A stretch of DNA of 64,000 nt from Candidatus Saccharimonadales bacterium (GCA_041751215.1 JBGSXW010000005.1:131664-195663), one strand, 5' to 3'; shown: positions 52,336-62,394, counted from the first letter of the stretch. Notes: generated by a model not told the origin, from the letters alone. Numbers and translations are program-made.

Positions 52336-55050
52336 TTAAGTGGATACTCTACGGAAGAGTTTTCTTAGCCCTCGCACAAACAGATTTCTAAGACCCTCGA
52401 TAGTTATGTAGTAGTAAGGGAAGGCGGTAATGACTAGTAAGGTGCTGGCGGCCAACCCAAAGATAATGGTAAAGGCCAGTCCTTCCCAGAACGGATCACT
52501 AAGCGCTAGCGGCAACAAGCCAAAGATGGTGGTTAGTGATGTAACAAGCAATGGCCGGAGTCTTTCATGCAGGGCATGTCCCATGGCATCGGCGGGAGTC
52601 ATGCCGGCGCGCCGCTTTTGGTTCGCGACATCTACAAGCAAGATTGTGTTGTTAACTACAATTCCAACCAAACCGGTCATACCAATCATGATAAAGAACG
52701 AAAAGCTTTGATCGGTTAGATACAACCCCGGAAATACCCCCGGTATGCTAAACGGAATAGCTAGCAGTATCAAAAGCGGCTGAATGATTGATTTAAACTG
52801 CGTGACCAGCAACACAAAAATAATCAAAATTGCAGCTAAGAAGGCGATGCCTGCCGATGCAAAACTCTCTTGGTTTTCGGTTTCCTGACCAGAGTCTGTA
52901 GTAATGGCATCGACCGATAGACCAAGGGCGTTTAGGCGTTCTTCGGTGAACTCATCTTCAATTAAAGTTTGGGCTTGGGCAACGTAACCGCTGACGTTAG
53001 ATTGCTCAGCAAATTTAGCACTTACCTCAACGTAGCGTTTGCCGTCAACCCTAGTGATTAGGACTGGCGGGGCGACCTTTACTTCGCTAATAGTTGTAGC
53101 TGAGCTACCCGCCGGATCTACTGTTCGATCGTCTAAGAAGTTAACAACTGCTTGTGCTCCGGCTTGCAAAGTTTTGATGTCCTCACTAAATACTTGAACT
53201 TTAAACGGAAACTCAGCAGCTGGCGGCCCGGCACTAATTGGTGATAGTTGCACACTGGCGCCCTCAATTTTGTTAATAGCAACTTCAGCTTTATCAATTA
53301 GCTCAAGGTAGGTTAGATCTCGTTCTTCAAAAGGGGTTAGGTCGATGTAAGCAAAAGCCGGCTGCGCGTCACCAGAAAAGTAGCTGGTTCTGGTTATGTA
53401 GCTGCCAATAGATTCATCGAGGGCGTCGTTAACTTGATCGGTTATAGCCTCGGCTTGATTAATCGTTAGTCCCGGCGCAAAGCTAATCTGAGTTTGAATT
53501 GTGCTTCCGTCTTTAGCGGGGGGAAAGATGTCGAAGCCAATTTTTGCTCCAAAGCTTGAGCCCCAAATTATTAAACCAAGACTGACAATAATTACTGCTG
53601 CTGCTAACGGTCGGCCAACTTTAGGCTTTTTACTTACCAGTTCAAGCCGGCTTTCTAAGAAGCCGCCAACCGACTCCTCGACCTTAGCTGGAATGCGAAA
53701 GAGTGTTGTTAGGGCTGTGTTTTTTGATTTGGAGGCTTTTTTGCTAAATAAAAGACTAGACGCTAAGACTGGCATCAGGGTCAAGGAAACCAGCAAGGAA
53801 ATTATCAGAGCAACAATTACTGTTATCGGGAAGATTCTAATAAAGTCCCCAAGAATTCCAGTGATAAAGGCCATCGGCGCAAATACTAAAACGGTTGTGG
53901 CGGTTCCGATTGTCGAGGCGCGGCCGATGTTGGTTAGGGCTTCGCCGATTACTTTAAGTCGATCTTTGTATTTGCGTTTGCGAGCATCGATAGCTTCTAG
54001 AACTACCGTCGCGTCATCTACGAAGAGTCCAACAATCAAAACCAGTGCAAATAACGAGATGGTATTAAGCGAGTAGCCAATCAGGTGCAACACCAAGAAA
54101 GTTATAGACAGGGTAATAATCATAAAGGCTGCAGTCAGCAAGCCAACTCGCCAGGTTACTAGAACCAAAGCCAGAATTGTGACAATCGTTAGGCCGGCCA
54201 GCAAATTGTTTTGCAGTGAACCAATTTGGTCGCGGATACTTACAGCAAAATCCGCGGAGGCGGTTGCCTCAAAGTCAGAAAACTCGTCCTGGGCGAGAAC
54301 TTCTTGCATTTTGTCTTTTACGGCATCAGACAAAGCTAGGTCGTCAATGTTACCCTCGCGTGATATTCCAATGACAATCGATGGGTAAAAAGCTAACTCG
54401 TCTTCGGTGACTACACCGATTCGGTTAAAACCAACTTGAGCTTGATTGTTAGTTCCCGGAACATCGGCTAAAAGTTCTGTAACTTCAGCACTAGAAATTG
54501 CTGGCGATTCTTCAAGTAGAGCTGCAAATTTTTGCGCGTTGGTCTGCAAAGTAGATAGCTCGGTAGGCGCAGGCGCGTAAAAGGTTACTAAGATATCGTT
54601 AACACCGTCTACTTTGCTGGCAGCGACTGATTGAAAATCGATACTAGCACCATCTGGTAGCTCAAGTTCTTGCTCGAGTCTTTCCTTAACTAATTGAGTT
54701 CCGGATTCAGATGACTGATCGGTATCAAACTCAACAAAGGCATTAAAAAAGTTATCACCGGCGGTGGTGGTGACACCCGTAATACCATCGATGTAATTGT
54801 CGCCCTCACGTAGGGCTCGGTCTAGAGGCTGAAGAATCTGCTTGTCGACTTGGTTAGGATCGTCTGCAAAGTAACGGCCACTAACAACCGAAACCGGGAC
54901 GTCAATGGGAGGAAAGCCCTCTCGTTTTAAGAAAGTGGTGTAGCTTGCTATGCCCAAAATAACCAGCAGGACGTAAATTAAAACGGTGGGCTTGCGGTGA
55001 CCTACAAAAAAGAGCGCTAGGCGACCAAAACGATTAAAGTTCTTTTTCAT
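52336..55050 (-). CDS. RND-superfamily transporter permease (AcrB/HAE-like)
   Basis: Two TM bundles, with VGLFVDDATVVLEAI resembling the AcrB TM4 proton-relay motif (GLLVDDAIVVVEN), and large extracytoplasmic loops. No adaptor or outer-membrane partner genes are adjacent. Confidence 0.7.
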   Translation of the reverse strand: MKKNFNRFGRLALFFVGHRKPTVLIYVLLVILGIASYTTFLKREGFPPIDVPVSVVSGRYFADDPNQVDKQILQPLDRALREGDNYIDGITGVTTTAGDNFFNAFVEFDTDQSSESGTQLVKERLEQELELPDGASIDFQSVAASKVDGVNDILVTFYAPAPTELSTLQTNAQKFAALLEESPAISSAEVTELLADVPGTNNQAQVGFNRIGVVTEDELAFYPSIVIGISREGNIDDLALSDAVKDKMQEVLAQDEFSDFEATASADFAVSIRDQIGSLQNNLLAGLTIVTILALVLVTWRVGLLTAAFMIITLSITFLVLHLIGYSLNTISLFALVLIVGLFVDDATVVLEAIDARKRKYKDRLKVIGEALTNIGRASTIGTATTVLVFAPMAFITGILGDFIRIFPITVIVALIISLLVSLTLMPVLASSLLFSKKASKSKNTALTTLFRIPAKVEESVGGFLESRLELVSKKPKVGRPLAAAVIIVSLGLIIWGSSFGAKIGFDIFPPAKDGSTIQTQISFAPGLTINQAEAITDQVNDALDESIGSYITRTSYFSGDAQPAFAYIDLTPFEERDLTYLELIDKAEVAINKIEGASVQLSPISAGPPAAEFPFKVQVFSEDIKTLQAGAQAVVNFLDDRTVDPAGSSATTISEVKVAPPVLITRVDGKRYVEVSAKFAEQSNVSGYVAQAQTLIEDEFTEERLNALGLSVDAITTDSGQETENQESFASAGIAFLAAILIIFVLLVTQFKSIIQPLLILLAIPFSIPGVFPGLYLTDQSFSFFIMIGMTGLVGIVVNNTILLVDVANQKRRAGMTPADAMGHALHERLRPLLVTSLTTIFGLLPLALSDPFWEGLAFTIIFGLAASTLLVITAFPYYYITIEGLRNLFVRGLRKLFRRVST

Positions 55051-55084
55051 TATTGGAATTGTAGCACTGATAACTTCTTTAGAT

Positions 55085-55669
55085 CTACTCTAATGTTTGG
55101 CCTGCAAATTCTGGCAACTTGGTAAGTTCGTCGACGGAACTGACTTTGGACAGTATCTCTTTTGGCAAGTATCTACTAGCGGGATCATCAGCTAGCGCAA
55201 TGGTTTCGGCTAGAGTTTTTAAGTGCGTAGTTATTTTTTCGCCCGAGTCTGGGGTTGGCTCAATTTGCGTCTCAAAATCAGTTGCTAAAAACACGTAAAC
55301 GAAAGATTCAATCTTAGTAAAAGGTTGAGCTGCCTCTAGAAGTCGCCAAGTTTTAAAAGACATTCCGGTTTCTTCGAGTAGCTCGCGTTTAGCGGCATCA
55401 AGTTCGGTTTCGGACTCAACATCGTGGCGTCCGCCAGGAATGTCGAAAAAATGACCTAGCCGAGGCTGTTCTTGCTCCAGGATTACTAGCTTGTCGTCTT
55501 TGACTGCGATGACTTTAACAGTGTCGGGGCGCTTGAGCATTTCAAAAACCTCTCGGCTGCCGTCAAACATGGCTTGATCCCACTGGTAAACTTCATAAAT
55601 TATGCCCTTAAAAACTCGCTTTGCTTCTGGCGGCAAAAGTTTAGCGTCGGGCGGGAGGACTTGTCGCAT
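55085..55669 (-). CDS. NUDIX hydrolase
   Basis: Nudix box GGRHDVESETELDAAKRELLEETG. Confidence 0.8.
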   Translation of the reverse strand: MRQVLPPDAKLLPPEAKRVFKGIIYEVYQWDQAMFDGSREVFEMLKRPDTVKVIAVKDDKLVILEQEQPRLGHFFDIPGGRHDVESETELDAAKRELLEETGMSFKTWRLLEAAQPFTKIESFVYVFLATDFETQIEPTPDSGEKITTHLKTLAETIALADDPASRYLPKEILSKVSSVDELTKLPEFAGQTLE

Positions 55670-55840
55670 TTAGGTCTCCTTTTCTTGATCCGAACTTAGG
55701 CTACTTGATATACCTTTGTAACAATTTTGGCAAAGATGGTTCTTTTTTACTTGATTTTCTTTGTTTGGCGGACCGAGCAAGATTCCTCCGAACTCAGTTA
55801 GTTCCTGGTTGCATCGGTCACATTTTGGTTTAATCGCCAT
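55670..55840 (-). CDS. small zinc-ribbon-like protein (56 aa; below ORF-track cutoff)
   Basis: My own translation: MAIKPKCDRCNQELTEFGGILLGPPNKENQVKKNHLCQNCYKGISSSLSSDQEKET (CxxC...CxxC). Its stop abuts the NUDIX ATG, and its 3' end supplies AGGAGA as that gene's SD. Confidence 0.4.
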   Translation of the reverse strand: MAIKPKCDRCNQELTEFGGILLGPPNKENQVKKNHLCQNCYKGISSSLSSDQEKET

Positions 55841-55854
55841 AATAATAGTTTAAC

Positions 55855-56385
55855 TCAGTAGTGATCCGGATGCTCTAAATGTATTAAAGCCATCGCAACT
55901 GCAAGTTCGTTGGTTTGCGTACGGTTGTACTTTCCGTCGGTAAAGATGTCGATGGTGCCGTTAGCTGTTCCAAGCTTTGGGTGATCGGTAAGACCGGCTT
56001 CACGAATAGCCTGGCTACCGTCGCGGCCACTTAAGATTAGCTTTAAAACCTCTTTTGGCCACTCAAAACTTGGACCTAGCCCAAGATGGATGGTTTTACC
56101 ATCATAAATTGCACAAGCAATTACTTCCATATAGCCGCTTTTACTGTGAGGCACCTGGCCTAAACCGCCTTCAATGCCAACGCTTAAGTCGCAGTCCTTG
56201 TAGGCTTGTTTGGCTCTATCGATCGCCCCCTCAATAGTGCTCTCAAGAGTTTTGGGGTGACCGAACTCCTCAATATCTACGTCTACTCCCTGAACTTCTG
56301 CGCTCGAAAACTTTTCGCTGCGGCCAAAAATGTTTTTAACAGCATTAATCTTAGTTTGGTTGTGTGAGCCGACGTTAACTTTCAT
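55855..56385 (-). CDS. inosine/xanthosine triphosphatase (YjjX/DUF84-type non-canonical NTPase)
   Basis: N-terminal MKVNVGSHNQTKINAVKNIF pattern and a size of ~175 aa. Confidence 0.6.
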   Translation of the reverse strand: MKVNVGSHNQTKINAVKNIFGRSEKFSSAEVQGVDVDIEEFGHPKTLESTIEGAIDRAKQAYKDCDLSVGIEGGLGQVPHSKSGYMEVIACAIYDGKTIHLGLGPSFEWPKEVLKLILSGRDGSQAIREAGLTDHPKLGTANGTIDIFTDGKYNRTQTNELAVAMALIHLEHPDHY

Positions 56386-56500
56386 GGTCTAATTCTAGCA
56401 ACCGCTATTGATTTTTAATAAATATCATTTCACTCCTTGGACAAATAGCGGGAATTATTGTATTGATTATTTATGCTACATCTGTTAGAGTATTGCCGAT

Positions 56501-57058
56501 ATGAAAGGTAAGCGTAATCCACAAATTGGTGTCCTTGGCTCAGTTGTTGACCTAGATTTTGCGAAAGAACTAGAACAAGCTGCCAAGGAAGTTGGAGCCG
56601 AGCTCGCTAAAGCTGGGGCTACTGTTATGTTTGGGGCTGAAAAGGACTTCGATTCCCTCTCAACTATGGCCGCCCGGGGTGCGCGAGAGGCTGGCGGAAT
56701 GACAGTTGGCGTTACCTATGGAAAAGGTCTAGAGATTTTTGACCAAGCAGACGTTGTAATTGCAACTGGCTTAGAGCGTGGAGGTGGTCGTGAGTTTTCA
56801 CTAGTCTTAAGTTGTGACGCAGTGATTGCTATCAACGGCGGCTCTGGCACTCTCAATGAATTAGCAGTTGCTTACCAAGCAGGAATTCCAATGTTTGTTC
56901 TCGAAAATTCAGGCGGCTGGAGCGAGAAGCTGCAAGGAACATTTTTTGACGGTCGCAACCGACTTAAAGTTGAATCAGCAAAAACTCCCAAAGAGCTAGT
57001 TGAACTAGCCCTACGAACTCACGCACCTGTATCTACCGAGCGTATAGCGCCAGCTTAA
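56501..57058 (+). CDS. LOG/TIGR00725-family (SLOG) protein
   Basis: IGVLGS..., AINGGSGTLNELAVAYQAGIPMFVL. Confidence 0.6.
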   Translation: MKGKRNPQIGVLGSVVDLDFAKELEQAAKEVGAELAKAGATVMFGAEKDFDSLSTMAARGAREAGGMTVGVTYGKGLEIFDQADVVIATGLERGGGREFSLVLSCDAVIAINGGSGTLNELAVAYQAGIPMFVLENSGGWSEKLQGTFFDGRNRLKVESAKTPKELVELALRTHAPVSTERIAPA

Positions 57059-57122
57059 GCGTGCCTTGGCACGAAGCTTAAGTTGGCGAACTTCCGAGTC
57101 AACCTAATTTAGAATCAATTAC

Positions 57123-57845
57123 ATGAATACAAGCAAGCAAATCATAACCGTTCTTTCGTCTTTTTCAACCGACAAAGTTGTAAATGACGAGGGGCAAACC
57201 ATAACCATCCAAGAGGGCGGACCCGCTCGATTTATTACAAATGCGCTTAAAGATGTGGGCGTGAACTTTGAGCTGATCGCTGGCGAAAAAATCGAGGTTG
57301 AGATTCTGGCTAACCAAGAGGGTGAATTTGGGCGTGTTGTTTTAGAGCCAAAGGCCAATTTACTAGATAAAACCCTAAACGATTGGACTATAGTTTCAAC
57401 TGTGCTCGACGAGTGGGATCTCACCGATATGGAGCTTCCAGATCGACTGTGTGTCGACCTTCAAGGATATGTTAGAGAGGGTCACGACTTTGGCCGCAAA
57501 CGAGTCTGGGAAAACGTAAATAAACTAGCCGACAAGATCTATTGCCTAAAAGGCACGGCAGAAGAGATGAGATACATCGATTCTGATTTTCGCGAATCCC
57601 AAAAACAGCGCTTGCTGATAATGACAAACGGCGAGCACGCAACTGACGTTTACTATAAAGGCGAACACACCCGCGTTCCGGTGCAGGCAGTAACTGGACT
57701 CACTTTAACGATAGGCGCAGGAGACACCTTTTTGGGTTATCTAGTAAGCCAGCTGTCTAGCGGCCATGAACCAATAGATGCCGTTAAATTCGCCAGTCAA
57801 AAAACTGCCGAGTTTCTAAAAGCTTCTTATACAAAACAGTCGTAA
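57123..57845 (+). CDS. short PfkB-family (ribokinase-like) kinase
   Basis: EGGPARFITNAL (GG motif region) and TIGAGDTFLGYLVS (PfkB signature 2). Confidence 0.6.
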   Translation: MNTSKQIITVLSSFSTDKVVNDEGQTITIQEGGPARFITNALKDVGVNFELIAGEKIEVEILANQEGEFGRVVLEPKANLLDKTLNDWTIVSTVLDEWDLTDMELPDRLCVDLQGYVREGHDFGRKRVWENVNKLADKIYCLKGTAEEMRYIDSDFRESQKQRLLIMTNGEHATDVYYKGEHTRVPVQAVTGLTLTIGAGDTFLGYLVSQLSSGHEPIDAVKFASQKTAEFLKASYTKQS

Positions 57846-57867
57846 GTATGTGATGGAAGCATCGGAG

Positions 57868-58278
57868 TTATTTTGACTTTGTAACGTAAGAATCGATTAG
57901 CTCGATGTCCTTTAAGTCTTTGGGGCGGCCGGAGCTTTGTTTCCATTTTCTAACTTCTGCTAATGAAGCAAACGGCACCCCGTCAATGATATCTGCGGTT
58001 GCTAAAAGCTGAGACAGAGTTGGTTTATAAGAAGTAAAGCTCCATTGATCGTGAGCTTCAAAGTCGCCAAACGTTAGAGGAGCGTCGTTTTCGGCCTTAA
58101 CTAATCGCTTCCATCCGGCTTGCTCGAGATCTTTAAGAACTTTTGAAGTCACCAGCAAATCAATGTCGCTTGATTCCCTGATTCCGGCTGCGGCCATCGG
58201 ACAACTGCCAAAAACGATGAACTCACCTTCTGGAAGGTCGAGTTTTTTAACCGCAGAAATAATTTCGTCTTTTGTCAT
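57868..58278 (-). CDS. minimal nucleotidyltransferase-fold protein
   Basis: FGSCPMAAAGIRESSDIDLLV (G-S...D-x-D NTase core) and C-terminal GRPKDLKDIELI. Confidence 0.5.
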   Translation of the reverse strand: MTKDEIISAVKKLDLPEGEFIVFGSCPMAAAGIRESSDIDLLVTSKVLKDLEQAGWKRLVKAENDAPLTFGDFEAHDQWSFTSYKPTLSQLLATADIIDGVPFASLAEVRKWKQSSGRPKDLKDIELIDSYVTKSK

Positions 58279-58319
58279 AGGTGCAATTTTAACATCCCAG
58301 CTGGCTAATAAATTTGAGT

Positions 58320-60230
58320 TTAAATTCGATCAGGGGCCGGAATGTTTAAGAGCTTTAAGCCATTCTTTAGAACCTGACTTGCAGCTGCAGTCAACAGAAG
58401 TCTACTGCGACGGTCATCCTCTGAAGTATCAGGACTTAGTATCGGATAGTCACGGTAAAAGCTATTAAAGTTGTGAGCCAGTTTATACAAGTGCTCTGCC
58501 ACCAAGGTTGGGTTGTGGGTTGTGCCGGCGCGTCTAACAACAACCGGAAACTCAGCCATCAGCATTGTAAGATCACCAACCACTCCGCTGGTATCTTCCT
58601 TGAAGTATGAAGCATCAGTCGAGGAAGTAACGGCCTCTACTTCGGCATCACCAGCTTTTTCTAGCAGGGCATTAATGCGGGCGTTAGTGTACTGAAGGAA
58701 CGGACCGGAATTACCCTGGAAATTGAGAGCTTCATCCCAATCGAATACTATTTTGCGGCCAGCTGGTTGTTTTAGGTCGTAGTAGATAATCGCACCAACG
58801 GCAATATCCCAAGCCACCTGGTCGATATGCTCGTCATCGATCTCAATTCCACGTCTTTCCATGTTGCTGGTTACTCTATCTAGTGCCTGTGAGTGAGCTT
58901 CGTCTAACACCTCGCTTAAGAAAACGACGCGACCTTTGCGAGTTGACATCTTGCCGTCGGGCAGTTCGATTGGCCCAAATGCCAAGTGAGTAAGTTCTGG
59001 CGTTTCGTCACCGGCAAACTGAGAGAACCCGTCAAAGACCTGCTTGAAGTAGTCGGTCTGTTCAGCACCTACAGCATAGATTACTTCGTTAGGATCAAAC
59101 CAATGTAGTCTCGATGCCAGGCAAGCTAAGTCCCGGGTTCCGTAAAGCGAGCTGCCATCTGACTTTCTGATGGTTAAGGCGTGCATTTTTTCGTCTGAAG
59201 GAACCAACTTAAGACGACCCTTGTCGTCTTCGGCTGCTAGTCCGCGATCAACAAAGGCCCGAAAAACCTCACTGTTGATGTGCGAATATAACGATTCGCC
59301 GAGTGTGTACTCAAACTCAACGCCAAGTCTTTGGTAAACTTCTTCAAACTCTGCACGGCTCAGGTTGTAAGTCCATTGCCAAAGTCGTTTTGCGGCTGGA
59401 TCACCTTCTTCTAGCCTGGTGAACCAAGCTCTTCCAGCATCTTCAAGAGGGGATTCTCCGTCTGCGGAGCTCTCTTTTTCTGCCAAAACTTCTTGGTTAA
59501 TTTTTACGTAAAGTTTTAGTAGACCCGTAACCTGGGTTGATGGATTCTTAAGTTCTGGGATTTCGTCTCCCCAAAGTTCAAAGGCGTGACCGAGCATACC
59601 AAACTGCGTTCCCCAGTCGCCCAAGTGATTGTCTCGAATGGCGTTGACTCCGTTGGCTCGTAGAATTCTGGTCATGGCTTCGCCAATAACGGTGGAGCGC
59701 AGGTGGCCGAGGTGCATTTGCTTGGCAATGTTGGGAGATGATACATCTAGTACGACTGTTCGGCCCAAATCGGCGCCGTTCTTACCGTAGTTGTCGCCCT
59801 CAGCTAGCACTTCTTCGATCACCCAAGGGGCGATTACATCACGCTTTATCTTGATATTTATAAAAGGTCCTTCGGCTACAACTTCAAAACATCCCTGTTC
59901 ATCGTCAGCTTCTGATATTGACTCCAAAAGGTGGTTAAAGGCTTCTGGATCGGCGGCCAATAAACGATGTGCCGGAACGGCATAATCTGCATCAATCTCA
60001 CTTTTGGCTGGAAGTAGAGGGAGGTTGGGGCCAGCACTGCTTACTACTGCTTCTAGATCTTGCTGGAGTGATGGCAAAAGGTATCGATTGTACGGCGCAA
60101 GTTGCTCAAGCTCGTGCAAGTCTACCGCGATATCTGCCTCTGGCAGTGCCGGCACTTTCATTCCGAGCTCTGTATCTACTAGCTCAATTTCGTCTACTGG
60201 ATCAATACCGTCATGGTCAATCATTGTCAT
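58320..60230 (-). CDS. argS: arginine--tRNA ligase
   Basis: SSPNIAKQMHLGHLRSTVIGEA (HIGH region), a class I Rossmann core and a DALR-type C-terminus. The acidic N-terminal ~60 aa leave the start uncertain. Confidence 0.9.
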   Translation of the reverse strand: MTMIDHDGIDPVDEIELVDTELGMKVPALPEADIAVDLHELEQLAPYNRYLLPSLQQDLEAVVSSAGPNLPLLPAKSEIDADYAVPAHRLLAADPEAFNHLLESISEADDEQGCFEVVAEGPFINIKIKRDVIAPWVIEEVLAEGDNYGKNGADLGRTVVLDVSSPNIAKQMHLGHLRSTVIGEAMTRILRANGVNAIRDNHLGDWGTQFGMLGHAFELWGDEIPELKNPSTQVTGLLKLYVKINQEVLAEKESSADGESPLEDAGRAWFTRLEEGDPAAKRLWQWTYNLSRAEFEEVYQRLGVEFEYTLGESLYSHINSEVFRAFVDRGLAAEDDKGRLKLVPSDEKMHALTIRKSDGSSLYGTRDLACLASRLHWFDPNEVIYAVGAEQTDYFKQVFDGFSQFAGDETPELTHLAFGPIELPDGKMSTRKGRVVFLSEVLDEAHSQALDRVTSNMERRGIEIDDEHIDQVAWDIAVGAIIYYDLKQPAGRKIVFDWDEALNFQGNSGPFLQYTNARINALLEKAGDAEVEAVTSSTDASYFKEDTSGVVGDLTMLMAEFPVVVRRAGTTHNPTLVAEHLYKLAHNFNSFYRDYPILSPDTSEDDRRSRLLLTAAASQVLKNGLKLLNIPAPDRI

Positions 60231-60705
60231 TTCCCTCGTTAGATTCTAAAAATTCTAAAACTTCTTCACACGCAGCTTGATACGAGTCGACTTTAGAATC
60301 ATCAATGCCGCCATCTGGAACGCAAATAACTTGACCATGAACCAGAGACACAGAACCTAGAGAAGCGCGCTGAATGCGCGCGTCTAATTCAAGAACCAAT
60401 TCATCAGTACCGGCATCTGGGCCAGGTACTAAAAGTCGCTTTTTCCAAGCGCCGTTTCGGATTGCTTCTAGGTTTTGGCCAGTAGAAACCGAGACGCCAC
60501 CAATTGAATCTCCAATTCCTCTAGCAACAATGCTAATTGCACCGTCCTCATCTTCATCCTCTATTTTAAGAGATGCACCATCTGCTACACCGCGCGCGAG
60601 CAGGGCTGATTGTAGCTGCCAATAAAAGCCATCAGGGCCGTACAAATATTCACCGAGTTTTTCGAATCGGGTACCTGGCTGTTCAGATTCTTTGGTTCTG
60701 ATCAT
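60217..60705 (-). CDS. hypothetical acidic protein
   Basis: 162-aa ORF, co-directional with argS and overlapping it by 14 nt. No family motif recognised. Confidence 0.45.
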   Translation of the reverse strand: MIRTKESEQPGTRFEKLGEYLYGPDGFYWQLQSALLARGVADGASLKIEDEDEDGAISIVARGIGDSIGGVSVSTGQNLEAIRNGAWKKRLLVPGPDAGTDELVLELDARIQRASLGSVSLVHGQVICVPDGGIDDSKVDSYQAACEEVLEFLESNEGNDND

Positions 60706-60761
60706 CGCGCCTCTCTTTGGATGGCATATTAATACAGAGGTGGGACTACTGCAAGCTTAAG

Positions 60762-61859
60762 CTAAAAGGCTTTTATGATTTTAGCGAGGTCGGCTGTGCA
60801 CTTTTTAATCTTCTTTTCGTCGCACCATTCGTTTGGACTATGCATTACCGATATCTCACCTGGGCCGTAGATCATTCCATCGATGCCCGCCGCCTTAAGG
60901 AAAGATAAGTCTGTTGCCCCAGGGAATGATTTCTGAGGAGTATTTGGCATAGTTTTATGCGTCACGCTAAGTATTTCACTTTTAGAATTGATGCTAGCTG
61001 ATGGCGAGGACTGGGCAATTTCCCGTACATCAATGTCATTTCGATTAAAGATTTTTTCTATTTCGGCTTTAAGAATTTTTTCAAGTCGGGGAGTGGTTCT
61101 GATGTCCAGTGCAAAGGTGCAGCTAGAGGGGAACTTGTTAGGAGACTTTGCGCTTCCCGCCTTCACTGCAGTAACAGCTAGGCTAGGTGAGCCTACAACT
61201 TCATCACTGTATTTTTTTGCCCATTGATTATTAAGTTTCTCGAACTTGCTAAAAAATTTGAAAGCATCAAATATTGCGTGCTTTTGAATTTCTTCAGGGC
61301 GCGAACCATGCCCCGAATCTCCGTGAATCGTTACTTCGTACATTGAGTTTCCTCGGTGTCCTACCCCAACAAACTCTAATCCGGTTGGCTCCAATATTAT
61401 CGAGCTAACATTCTGGTATTTTTTTTGAACCTGCTTTTTAAAGTAGCTTATAAAGGCGCGGGTACCTGACCCGTCAACTTCTTCGCCGCCTGCAAAAACA
61501 AACCATAGGTCACTAGGAGGTTGCGACTCACTAAATTTGTCTATCAACTCAATCATCGTCACTAATCCTGACTTCATGTCTGATACGCCAAGACCAGCAA
61601 CGCCTTTTTTTGTTGCCGTTAGGGTTAGGGGATTGTTATTCCAAAGTCTAGGGTCGCCCGGAGGCACAGTATCGACGTGGCCATTAATAATGAGCGCTTT
61701 TTGAGGCTTTTGCCCCTTAATGAAAAGAGACAAGCAAGTATCGTTAATTCGCTTAACATCACCCTTGGTGCTGATAATTTTCTCGATGTAGTCGAGAATT
61801 TCTTTCTCGTGACCAGAAACTGAGTAGATAGATACCAGCTCTTTTAACAAACTATTCAT
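60762..61859 (-). CDS. M20-family metallopeptidase/deacylase (ArgE/DapE-like), copy 1
   Basis: INGHVDTVPPG, GVSDMKSG, GGEEVDGSG. Confidence 0.7.
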   Translation of the reverse strand: MNSLLKELVSIYSVSGHEKEILDYIEKIISTKGDVKRINDTCLSLFIKGQKPQKALIINGHVDTVPPGDPRLWNNNPLTLTATKKGVAGLGVSDMKSGLVTMIELIDKFSESQPPSDLWFVFAGGEEVDGSGTRAFISYFKKQVQKKYQNVSSIILEPTGLEFVGVGHRGNSMYEVTIHGDSGHGSRPEEIQKHAIFDAFKFFSKFEKLNNQWAKKYSDEVVGSPSLAVTAVKAGSAKSPNKFPSSCTFALDIRTTPRLEKILKAEIEKIFNRNDIDVREIAQSSPSASINSKSEILSVTHKTMPNTPQKSFPGATDLSFLKAAGIDGMIYGPGEISVMHSPNEWCDEKKIKKCTADLAKIIKAF

Positions 61860-62391
61860 GATTAATATCCGTTATGTCGTAAACTCGACCGCAACAATTT
61901 TCCCCACCTTTAATTACCGCTTCTTCAAAAAAACGACAAGAGTGACAAACCTTCCATACTTCAGAAGGCAGAATCTCTGGGTTTGGCACTACGCGCCCCC
62001 CGAGCTTTCTGAAAATATTCGCGCTGTCCTGGTTAGAGAAAGCTAAGATCATATCTACTTCCATTTCTTGATGTGCTCGCTCAACCACGGAGTGTACGAG
62101 ACTTTGGGCAATCCCACGACCTCGCAGCTCAGGCGGGACTAACAAACCACCAAGCTCAACAGTGTGCTGTGAGTAAACGTGAGTTACGGCAGTGTAACCA
62201 GCAAACTCACCAGAGTCTCGGACTGCCACAACTCCGACATGGTGACGTCGCAATGAATCTTCAGTTATAGGCACCATACTTTCTTGAGCGGACAGAGCTA
62301 TGATGTCTTGAGCAATGTCGGGGTTTTCTCTTAAAAACTCTTCGGCGTTAACAAGTTGCGCTTGGTCTTCTTGGTGTGCGGACATAGGCAT
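61852..62391 (-). CDS. GNAT N-acetyltransferase with Cys-rich C-terminus, copy 1
   Basis: Acetyl-CoA loop LRGRGIAQSLV and C-terminal CHSC...CCG. 8-nt overlap with the downstream M20 gene. Confidence 0.6.
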   Translation of the reverse strand: MPMSAHQEDQAQLVNAEEFLRENPDIAQDIIALSAQESMVPITEDSLRRHHVGVVAVRDSGEFAGYTAVTHVYSQHTVELGGLLVPPELRGRGIAQSLVHSVVERAHQEMEVDMILAFSNQDSANIFRKLGGRVVPNPEILPSEVWKVCHSCRFFEEAVIKGGENCCGRVYDITDINHE

Positions 62392-62394
62392 CTC

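Noticed and set aside
52430-54388. Antisense ORFs 52430-52711, 53501-54076 and 54179-54388 within the RND gene
   Set aside because: These are shadow ORFs opposite a long membrane-protein gene, with no independent support.
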